From positions 22,563 through 86,562 of the forward strand of contig CAIWHK010000007.1 of NCBI GenBank assembly GCA_903912525.1: a stretch of 64,000 nt of DNA, read 5' to 3'. This DNA is from an uncultured bacterium (lineage in GTDB: Bacteria; Krumholzibacteriota; Krumholzibacteriia; LZORAL124-64-63). Numbering within the stretch: position 1 is the stretch's first letter; each line of letters opens with the position of its first letter. This document shows, piece after piece, positions 50,352-57,284 of this stretch. The translations under genes and the position numbers were made by a program. The notes under the pieces were generated by a model that ran no database searches, was not told the origin of the DNA, and saw nothing but the letters and a program-made list of their open reading frames with translations.

Positions 50352-51434
50352 ATGACTGACACCCACGCATTCACGCCAAACTGGGCCTCTCCCCCCGGCA
50401 GTACGATTGCCGACCTGCTGGCCGAGCGCAGCCTGACCCAGGCGGACCTTGCCGACCGCACCGGCTACACGCGCAAGCACATCAACGAACTGGTGCGCGG
50501 CCGCGCGGCGATTTCGTTCGAAGCGGCCCTGAAGCTGGAGACCGTGCTGGGCTCGACGGCCGACTTCTGGATGCGCCGCGAAGTGCAGTACCGCGAGGCG
50601 CTGGCACGGCAGGAGCTCAACCGGCAGTTCAAGGCCTCGGCGCCCTGGCTCAGGCGGATTCCACTGGCAAGCATGGTGCGGCTCGGGTGGGTGGAGCGGT
50701 TCCCTGATTCCGGGCAGCAGGTGGCCGCCTGCCTGCGGTATTTCGGCGTGGCCACGGTCGAGGCCTGGGAAGCGACGTACGCGGAACCCCTGGCGGCCTT
50801 CCGCAGGTCACCCAACGCCGAGACGGCCGGCGCGGCGGCCGCAGCCTGGCTGCGACAGGGCGAACTGCAGGCGGCCGCCATCCGGACCGGGGACTACAGC
50901 GCGTCCGGGTTGCGCGCGTGCCTGCCCCGACTGCGGCAGCTCACGCTGCTCACCGACCCCGACGCATTCGTACCCGCACTGACCGGCATGTGCGCGGAAG
51001 TGGGCATCGCCGTCGTGTTCGTGCCCACGCCGCAGGGATGTCCCGCCTACGGCGCCACGCGGTGGCTCTCTCCCACCAAGGCGCTGCTGATGCTCAGCAA
51101 CCGCACCAAGACCCACGATGTGCTGTGGTTCACCTTCTTCCATGAGATCTGCCACCTGCTGCACCACAGCAAGAAGATGACCGTCATCGAGGGCGGCCGG
51201 AGCCTGGACGCCGGCCTCGAGGAAGAGGCCGACACGTTTGCCGCCCACATCCTGATTCCGCCGGCGGACGCGCGCCGCATCGAGGAATTGCCCCGCAACG
51301 CGGATGCCATTGCTTCGTTCGCCCGTGAGATCGGGGTTGCGCCGGGGATCGTGCTGGGGCGGATGCAGAAGATGGGGCTGATCGGCTGGTCCAGGTGTGG
51401 GGAGTTGAAGGTCAGGTATGAGATCGGCGGGTGA
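50352..51434 (+). CDS. higA: HigA-family HTH antitoxin fused to an ImmA/IrrE (M78) metallopeptidase (no HigB toxin gene)
   Basis: SPPGSTI..LTQADLADRTG..KHINELVRG..ADFWM, AAWLRQGE, GATRWLS, WFTFFHEICH, EEEADTFA. Confidence 0.85.
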   Translation: MTDTHAFTPNWASPPGSTIADLLAERSLTQADLADRTGYTRKHINELVRGRAAISFEAALKLETVLGSTADFWMRREVQYREALARQELNRQFKASAPWLRRIPLASMVRLGWVERFPDSGQQVAACLRYFGVATVEAWEATYAEPLAAFRRSPNAETAGAAAAAWLRQGELQAAAIRTGDYSASGLRACLPRLRQLTLLTDPDAFVPALTGMCAEVGIAVVFVPTPQGCPAYGATRWLSPTKALLMLSNRTKTHDVLWFTFFHEICHLLHHSKKMTVIEGGRSLDAGLEEEADTFAAHILIPPADARRIEELPRNADAIASFAREIGVAPGIVLGRMQKMGLIGWSRCGELKVRYEIGG

Positions 51435-51440
51435 CCTGGC

Positions 51441-51528
51441 CACTTGCGCCGGCGCAAGTCCGGCCGGATCGCGCCTAAGCGATTGATTTCCCGCTCTTTG
51501 GAATTTTATCATCACTGATGAGAATATT
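51441..51528 (-). repeat. Composite unit U2
   Basis: 41-nt gap; hairpin AATTTTATCATCA-C-TGATGAGAATATT at 51502-51528; reads PIFSSVMIKFQ. Confidence 0.88.
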
Positions 51529-51546
51529 GGGCAACGCCGGCAGGCC

Positions 51547-52182
51547 CTACCGATAGCAGTCATGGAACCACTCGGGTCCAAGCCGGATGAACGTGTTCAC
51601 GGCAGCCGCGAGTCTCGCACCGGGCGCCGCACTGGCCGCCAGGACCCTCTTGCCATGCGCCCGCACAGCATCGACGGCTGGCGTGAAGTCGCCATCGGCC
51701 GACAGCAGGTACGCGGTATCGAATTCGTCGCGCTCGGCCATCACGACCATGTCGACGGCCAGAAAGACATCAACGGCTTTTTCGACATAGGCCGTGGCAC
51801 GCATGTTCCGCCGCGCGATGTCATACAGGTCCCGGTAAACCTGCTGGTCGATGCGCGTGGACAATGTCGTGAGATAGTCCTTGAGTTCCCTGGCCGCGTT
51901 GTCAGTCACCGGGCGTGACTCGAGGCGCCCGAAGTGCACGCTGATCTTCGGCGACGATGCCCTGAGAGCGGCAATGAACCTGCGCTGGGCCGCATAGAGT
52001 GCCAGACTGCTTCGTTGCTCGACCTGGCCTACGTAGTACCTGGTGGCGCACCACTGCCGCGGCCCGACGAGCTTGCGCGAAATCACCCCATAGTCGAGCC
52101 GACCCAAGTCGGCGATGCCATGCTGCTTGGCGCCGTGATACCAGTTGTTGCCATCGATGAAGAGCACTGCGCGTTCAGCCAC
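51547..52182 (-). CDS. NYN (LabA/DUF88, PIN-like) domain ribonuclease
   Basis: LFIDGNNWY, EKAVDVFLAVDM, YLLSADGDFTPAV..GKRV. Confidence 0.9.
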   Translation of the reverse strand: MAERAVLFIDGNNWYHGAKQHGIADLGRLDYGVISRKLVGPRQWCATRYYVGQVEQRSSLALYAAQRRFIAALRASSPKISVHFGRLESRPVTDNAARELKDYLTTLSTRIDQQVYRDLYDIARRNMRATAYVEKAVDVFLAVDMVVMAERDEFDTAYLLSADGDFTPAVDAVRAHGKRVLAASAAPGARLAAAVNTFIRLGPEWFHDCYR

Positions 52183-52193
52183 GGCGCCGACCC

Positions 52194-52270
52194 AAAAGAA
52201 AAACCCCGGCGTGTGGCTGAGCCAGACCCCGGGGGGATAAAACACCCGGTCCCGTGGGATCCGAGCGACC
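52194..52270 (-). ncRNA. Putative two-hairpin leader RNA ending in a terminator directly before the NYN gene
   Basis: GCTCGG-A-TCC-CACG-GGA-CCGGGT, then CCCCGG..TGGC-TCA-GCCA..CCGGGG-TTTTTCTTTT; second copy at 55229-55308. Confidence 0.5.
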
Positions 52271-52273
52271 CGC

Positions 52274-52303
52274 AGTATACACAGGGCTGGGCTGCCGTGT
52301 CAA
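52274..52303 (-). promoter_or_regulatory. sigma70 promoter for the leader RNA/NYN gene
   Basis: TTGACA-N18-TATACT. Confidence 0.7.
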
Positions 52304-52708
52304 CTGCAGTGGCGAAGCGCTAAAGAAGAGCCCTCCGGGGCGCCACCAGAAGGGGGTCAACCGGCTCAGCAAGCCGGGCTGGGGTTGATACGCATTCAGT
52401 TGCGATCTGATCGCGGGGCGGGTCAAGGGCGATTCCCTCTTTGGCGCTGGAGTGGGCCGGCGCGGTCGAGAATGCAAGGACCCCGCCCGGCGGCGTCCTT
52501 GTCGCTGCGCCAGTGCACAAGTAGTCGCGCAACTGCCGCGTCGTTTGCGCGTCATGACGGCCAAGTTCCGAAAGCCCCCGGGCGAGGTGCCATGCACCTT
52601 GCGAGCCCACCGCAAATACATGTCATGCTCCGTTGACAGCTTCATGGGAGATGGCGCCCGCCGTCTTCACTTGCCGACTTGCGCCGGCGCAAGTTCCCTA
52701 CCCCCACG

Positions 52709-53824
52709 TCAGCGCAACCGCCCCAGAAACGCCCTCTGCGTCCGAATGATCTCCTGCCGCAGCGACTCCGTGTCCGGCAGCACCGTCAGGTAGCGCGAGG
52801 CGAAGACGTTCGCGGCGATGCCGCCCATCGCGTAGTGGACGACGGCGTCGTTCTTCGCGCTGCAGAGAATCAAGCCCACCGGCTCGTGCTCGTCGGGGCC
52901 CATGAGGTGCTCGCGCGCGTAGTTGAGGTAGAGGTTCATCTGGCCGGCGTCGGCGTGCGTGAACTTGCCGAGCTTGAGGTCGACCACGACCAGGCAGCGC
53001 AGCGCGCGGTGGTAGAGCAAGAGGTCGATGCGGTACCACTCGTCGCCGATGCGGATGCGCTTCTGCCTCGCCACGAACGTGAAGCCGGCGCCCAGTTCGA
53101 GCAGGAACGATTCGAGGTGGCGGACGATGGCGTCCTCGAGATCGGACTCGCTGTACTCATCCTTCAGGTCGAGGAACTCGAGGAGGTACGGGTCGCGGAT
53201 GTGGTGCTGCAGTTCGGCGGGGTCGACAGGCGCGGGCTTGCGCGCGGCGGCGAGCATGCGGTCGGGGTTGGCGGACGCGGTGACGCGCTCGAAGAACTGC
53301 GTGCTGATCTGGCGGTCGAGCTGGCGGACGGACCAGCCGGAGCGGATAGCTTCGGATTCGTAGAGGGTGCGGGCGGCGTGGTTTTCGACGGACATCAGAC
53401 GGACGTAATGTGACCACGAAAGGGGGAAGGAAATGGGCGTAACTGACGACTCATCAAGTGTTTGTAATTTTCTCGACACTGTCGAGAATATCTGCAATTC
53501 CAGATAAAAACATCTCATTTTGTAAAGTCCCGGCCTGGAGAATCCCCTGCCGTATCGGCTGGACAGATCGCGCCCCAGACGCGTGAGCAACTCTTCGCCA
53601 TACTCGGCGCGGACACGCCCACCCTGTTCATATTCGACGATTCGGCGTCCGATTTCCCAGTACGCCGACACGACGACGCTTTGCGTCGATCGCACGACAG
53701 AGCGCCGGGCCTCTTCCAGTAGGCCGGAGATTCCCGTCACCAGTTCTCCGTAGGGCTCCGCGCCGGATGCACCGGACGTCGGTGCGGGGACCCTCGCGTC
53801 CCGAGGCTTTCGATTCCTGGCCAT
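52709..53824 (-). CDS. yhcG: YhcG/DUF1016 copy 3 (intact)
   Basis: YWEIGRRIVEYEQGG..YG, GRGFS, LSWSHY, IRDPYLLEFL, RIDLLLYHR, DAGQMNLYLNY. Confidence 0.93.
   Translation of the reverse strand: MARNRKPRDARVPAPTSGASGAEPYGELVTGISGLLEEARRSVVRSTQSVVVSAYWEIGRRIVEYEQGGRVRAEYGEELLTRLGRDLSSRYGRGFSRPGLYKMRCFYLELQIFSTVSRKLQTLDESSVTPISFPLSWSHYVRLMSVENHAARTLYESEAIRSGWSVRQLDRQISTQFFERVTASANPDRMLAAARKPAPVDPAELQHHIRDPYLLEFLDLKDEYSESDLEDAIVRHLESFLLELGAGFTFVARQKRIRIGDEWYRIDLLLYHRALRCLVVVDLKLGKFTHADAGQMNLYLNYAREHLMGPDEHEPVGLILCSAKNDAVVHYAMGGIAANVFASRYLTVLPDTESLRQEIIRTQRAFLGRLR
53466..53492. repeat. 27-bp coding palindrome inside yhcG copy 3
   Basis: AATTTTCTCGACA-C-TGTCGAGAATATC; peptide context QIFSTVSRKLQ. 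Confidence 0.9.
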
Positions 53825-54087
53825 GCTTCCCATTCCCATCTGCCGGATGTACCGACGCGGTCCAGATGCCAACGAGAGTTCACGGAAGAGGCGCGATGTG
53901 TCGCGGGTGATGGGCGCCTGCGGTGCGACGTCGGGGATGAATCATTGCCGACGACAAACCACATTCGCGGCGCCAATCGAGCCTTTCCTAGGGAGATGCC
54001 GGCGCTGGGCGGCGGCGCCGATTAGGCGGCCACGCACACACAGCGATGGCCATTGAGGCAGGCGGCAGGCCAGATGGTGAACGTGGC

Positions 54088-54175
54088 GACGTGCGCCGGC
54101 GCAAGTCAGCCCGATTTCGGCGCAAACAGTTGTCGCGGCGTGACTTGGAATTTTACCATCACTGATGGTAAAATT
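54088..54175 (-). repeat. Composite unit U3
   Basis: 41-nt gap; hairpin AATTTTACCATCA-C-TGATGGTAAAATT at 54149-54175 (26/27 identical to the yhcG copy 2 hairpin); reads PILPSVMVKFQ. Confidence 0.88.
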
Positions 54176-54400
54176 GGCCAAAACAGAAAACAATCTCACA
54201 TCAAGCAACATCGGCACGCACTGCTGCGCGCTACCGCGAGGCCGTGAACACACATCCAATCGGTGCCGCCCTGGCGAAGAACGCGCCCCTGTGCCCACTC
54301 CTGGCGGCGCTCCCAGCCGCCCACCTCAGAACGCCGGACCAAGCAGACCGGCCGATCCGGGCACAACTGCTGCCTACAAATGGTCGCGAACCGCCGCACC

Positions 54401-54487
54401 GACTTGCGCCGGCGCAAGTCGACGGCCTTCGACATAACTGGTTCCAAAACAATCAATTGGAATTTTCCCGACAGTGTCGGGAAAATC
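54401..54487 (-). repeat. Composite unit U4
   Basis: 40-nt gap; hairpin AATTTTCCCGACA-G-TGTCGGGAAAATC at 54461-54487; reads QIFPTLSGKFQ. Confidence 0.88.
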
Positions 54488-54505
54488 TGACGGCAGGCAC
54501 AGCCC

Positions 54506-54540
54506 TGCACATAACTAAATCTTGGGTTAAGTTTTGTGCA
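54506..54540. promoter_or_regulatory. Inverted repeat, probable AbiEi autoregulatory operator
   Basis: TGCACATAACT..AGTTTTGTGCA abutting ATG 54540. Confidence 0.5.
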
Positions 54541-55127
54541 TGGACACCAAGACACAAAGCCACCGCGCCGGCCCCAGCTGGGACCAGCTCTACGAAACCG
54601 CTGCCGCCCAGGCCGGCCACTTCACGACGGCCCAGGCCGAGGCCGCGGGGTACTCGCCCCAGCTGCTGGCCAAGTACCTGGCCAACGGGCGTGTGGTCAG
54701 GGTGCGTCGCGGCGTGTACCGCCTCACCCATTTTCCGGCGGGCGAACTCGAGGAGTTCGCCGTCGTGTGGCTGTGGAGCGAGCGGGCCGGGGTCTTTTCG
54801 CATGAGACGGCGCTGTTTCTGCATGGGCTGTCCGATGCGCTGCCGTCACGAGTCCACCTGACGCTGCCCGCGGATTGGCGTCGGCGAAGGCTGCGCGTAC
54901 CGGATGGCGTCGCGACGCACTTCGGCGAGGTGGCCGGTGCGGATCGCGGCTGGGTGGGCCCGGTGCCTGTGACCGCTGTTGCGCGGACGCTCGTCGATTG
55001 TGCGGAGGCCGGGGTTGCGCCGGAGATGGTGCGCGATGCCATGGAGCAGGCGATCGAGCGTGGGATGATTCGCAAGGGATCAGTGCCGCGACTTGCGCCG
55101 GCGCAAGTCCGGCCGGATCGCGCCTAA
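54540..55127 (+). CDS. abiEi: Orphan AbiEi-family antitoxin
   Basis: AAQAGHFTTAQAEAAG, RVRRGVYRL, SHETALFLHGLSD, VTAVARTLVD; the C-terminus runs through a GC palindrome (RLAPAQV). Confidence 0.85.
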   Translation: MDTKTQSHRAGPSWDQLYETAAAQAGHFTTAQAEAAGYSPQLLAKYLANGRVVRVRRGVYRLTHFPAGELEEFAVVWLWSERAGVFSHETALFLHGLSDALPSRVHLTLPADWRRRRLRVPDGVATHFGEVAGADRGWVGPVPVTAVARTLVDCAEAGVAPEMVRDAMEQAIERGMIRKGSVPRLAPAQVRPDRA

Positions 55128-55177
55128 GCGATTGATTTTCCGCGCCTTGGAATTTTATCATCACTGATGAGAATATT
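55090..55177 (-). repeat. Composite unit U5 (near-duplicate of U2)
   Basis: 41-nt gap; hairpin at 55151-55177 identical to U2. Confidence 0.88.
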
Positions 55178-55204
55178 GGGCAAAGCCGATCAGGTCCTGG
55201 CGAT

Positions 55205-55340
55205 ATCAGCAATGGAACCACTCGAGGCCAAAAGAAAAACCCCGGCGTGTGGCCAAGCCAGACCCCGGGGGGATTAAGGTGCCCGGTCCCGTGGAATCCG
55301 AGCGGCTGTAAGTATAGCCGATGCCCAAATGCCGCAGCAA
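55205..55340 (-). pseudogene. Second promoter-leader RNA-terminator copy with the NYN coding region deleted
   Basis: TTGCTG-N18-TATACT, same two hairpins, joined directly to the last NYN codons (GLEWFH vs GPEWFH). Confidence 0.7.
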
Positions 55341-55357
55341 CTCCCACCGCCGACTGA

Positions 55358-56152
55358 TCACACATCGCCTTCCTCCACGCCCCCCACCAGTCCCACCGGC
55401 ACGATCAACCGCCACCTGCGGACGAGTCGGCCTCCGCGCGCGCGGTCGAGGTGCACCGGCTGGGCCGGCAGCAGCGACTGCAGGCTGGCCAGGGTCGCGT
55501 CGGGCACGGCCAGTTCGCGCTGGCGGGTGTCGAGCAAGAAGCCGACCCTCGACGCGAGCGTGCGGTTGGCGAGGACGCGGACGTACGCGAGCAGCGCGTC
55601 CGGGTCGATGGCCGGGATCGCCATCAGCGAGCGCCACACCTCGTCGAGGCCGCCGGCAATCGATGGCCGGTCGAGAACGTCGGCCACCGTGCGCTCGAGG
55701 CTGGTCACGCGCACTTCGAGTCCATTGCGGTCCAGGACGTCGATCCACGCCTGCTGCGGGTGGCGCGCGCGCAACTCGCACCGCGGCTGCACCGGCGACA
55801 GGCGGCGGCCCCGGAACGTGGCGGCACGGGCTCGCGTCCAGGTGATGAACGTGAAATTGTCGGACAGGCTCTGCGCACAACCGTGCGCCTCGAGCGCCGT
55901 GTGGTAGGCGGCGGCCGCGTCCGGCGCCATGCGGGCGGCCAGCGCGATGTAATCGGGGGTTGGCTCCCAGGGCTCCGTTGACCCCGGCGGACGACCGACA
56001 TACAGGCCGCTCTTCACGCGCAGCAACCGGCCCTGGCGTACCCAGCGGGCGAGGTGGGCATCGACGGTGGCAGGAGCGCGACCGGGGAGCGCGGCGATCA
56101 GCTCGTCGCGGGTGAAGAGCGGGGTCGTGGCCAGGAAGTGGTCCGGCTTCAT
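55358..56152 (-). CDS. abiEi: Orphan AbiEi-family antitoxin
   Basis: GRLLRVKSGLY, AYHTALEAHG, VRVTSLERTVADVLDRP..GGLDEV, RVGFLL, RRWRLIVP; followed by a GTGA-coupled stub MISRR.. Confidence 0.85.
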   Translation of the reverse strand: MKPDHFLATTPLFTRDELIAALPGRAPATVDAHLARWVRQGRLLRVKSGLYVGRPPGSTEPWEPTPDYIALAARMAPDAAAAYHTALEAHGCAQSLSDNFTFITWTRARAATFRGRRLSPVQPRCELRARHPQQAWIDVLDRNGLEVRVTSLERTVADVLDRPSIAGGLDEVWRSLMAIPAIDPDALLAYVRVLANRTLASRVGFLLDTRQRELAVPDATLASLQSLLPAQPVHLDRARGGRLVRRWRLIVPVGLVGGVEEGDV

Positions 56153-56294
56153 GTTAGTGCCTCCCAATATTTGCAATTTATTACAAATTATGGGCGTCTA
56201 CAACAACGGTGTCGCATGGCCGACCAGCCGCCGGTCCCGGTTGCAGGGCGCCGCCACGAAACACAACGGGCCCCAGTAGGAGCCCAGGGCCTGC

Positions 56295-56382
56295 GACTTG
56301 CGCCGGCGCAAGTCCCCCCAAACGCAGCATAAACGACGACTCTTCAGCCGTTTGTAATTCTCCCGACAGTGTCGAGAGAATT
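56295..56382 (-). repeat. Composite unit U6
   Basis: 41-nt gap; hairpin AATTCTCCCGACA-G-TGTCGAGAGAATT at 56356-56382; reads ILSTLSGELQTAEESS vs IFSTVSRKLQTLDESS in yhcG copy 3. Confidence 0.88.
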
Positions 56383-56499
56383 GGACCATACCGAAAGAAA
56401 TCCCACCCAGCCCACCTCGGCCGCGCCAGCTCGCTCCGCCGGCCACCACCACCCGGCCCGGCGAGCCCAGCGCACCCTGGCCGCACCCCCACCCACCAC

Positions 56500-56716
56500 A
56501 ACCGCAGCACCTGACGAGGCCCCCCCGACCCGGACGCGTTCGGGCCCGCCCTGGCCGGCAGGTGCGCGGAGGTGGGCGTCGCCGTCGTGATCGTGCCCGC
56601 GCCGCAGGGGTGTCCGGCGGGCGGGGCCTCGCGGTGGCTGGCACGCGCCAGGGCGCTGGTGATGGCTGGTGGCCGGACCAGGAGCGGCGTCATGTCGTAA
56701 CACGTTCTGCCATGAT
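56500..56716 (+). pseudogene. Degraded fragment of a higA-ImmA paralog
   Basis: GACCCGGACGCGTTC..TGCGCGGAGGTGGGCGTCGCCGTCGTG..CCGCAGGGGTGTCC..CGGTGGCT aligns with about 50935-51146. Confidence 0.7.
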
Positions 56717-56890
56717 TGGTTAGCTTCGCATGGTCGTCGGCCTGCTCGATCGAGAAGACCGAAATCGCTCAACTTCCCGCCCTATTGTGCCGAAGACAGA
56801 ATGCCTCTTTCGGCATCGATGGGAAGTATCGCGATTGACCGATATTCGCAGTGCGCTTGGCACCATGACCGGCCACTGCAATGAGGAGGG

Positions 56891-57235
56891 ATGACAATGC
56901 CGGCGCGTAACGCCCAACAGCGCAGCCACAGTATCTACGTCATCGAGCTCGACAAAGCAGTTCTGCAGATCAAGCGCTTTCGCGAAGCGAATCCGGGCTA
57001 CAGGGAAGGGATGCCGTGCGTCTACGTCGGGATGACTTGCCGCACGCCGGAAGAGCGCTTCAGGCAGCACATTTCCGGCTACAAGGCCGCGAGGCTCGCG
57101 CATCGATTCGGGATACGATTGAAACCACGACAATACCGAGCGTTCAATCCCATGACCAGAGCCGAGGCAAAGTACATGGAAGTCGAAAAGGCGCGACGGC
57201 TGCGCAATCGGGGATATGGAGTCTGGCAGAACTAG
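56891..57235 (+). CDS. Small GIY-YIG-like nuclease-family protein
   Basis: SIYVIEL..CVYVGMT..PEERFRQH..EAKYME; GAGGAGG RBS. Confidence 0.7.
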   Translation: MTMPARNAQQRSHSIYVIELDKAVLQIKRFREANPGYREGMPCVYVGMTCRTPEERFRQHISGYKAARLAHRFGIRLKPRQYRAFNPMTRAEAKYMEVEKARRLRNRGYGVWQN

Positions 57236-57284
57236 GCGACAGACGCTCCGGATCCCCTGGGTCGAACCCCCATAGCCGGAACCC

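Larger units (their letters stand above)
8825..56314. repeat. Dispersed 20-bp palindrome family GACTTGCGCCGGCGCAAGTC (core TTGCGCCGGCGCAA), 22 copies
   Basis: Copies start near 8825, 13995, 14614, 17598, 28245, 29183, 29253, 31081, 33272, 38615, 39303, 42910, 44912, 48547, 49971, 50201, 51442, 52676, 54088, 54401, 55090, 56295; they translate as LAPAQV / TCAGAS / LRRRK in many shadow ORFs. Confidence 0.95.

Noticed and set aside
52183-52245. N-terminal extension MFYPPGVWLSHTPGFFFW of NYN
   Set aside because: It is the translated terminator hairpin; the NYN fold begins at AVLFIDGNN.
52320-52645. ORFs between NYN and yhcG copy 3
   Set aside because: No recognisable motifs or codon bias; possibly a remnant, but not supportable.
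28241-56314. CRISPR array interpretation of the 20-bp palindromes
   Set aside because: Spacing is irregular (about 70 bp to 5 kb), whole genes lie between copies, and no cas genes are present.
28241-56314. Integron attC cassette array
   Set aside because: No intI in the window, the repeats lack RYYYAAC/GTTRRRY ends and extrahelical bases, and modules are in mixed orientation.
48592-56382. Diversity-generating retroelement explaining yhcG variation
   Set aside because: No reverse transcriptase seen, and the differences are symmetric rather than adenine-specific.
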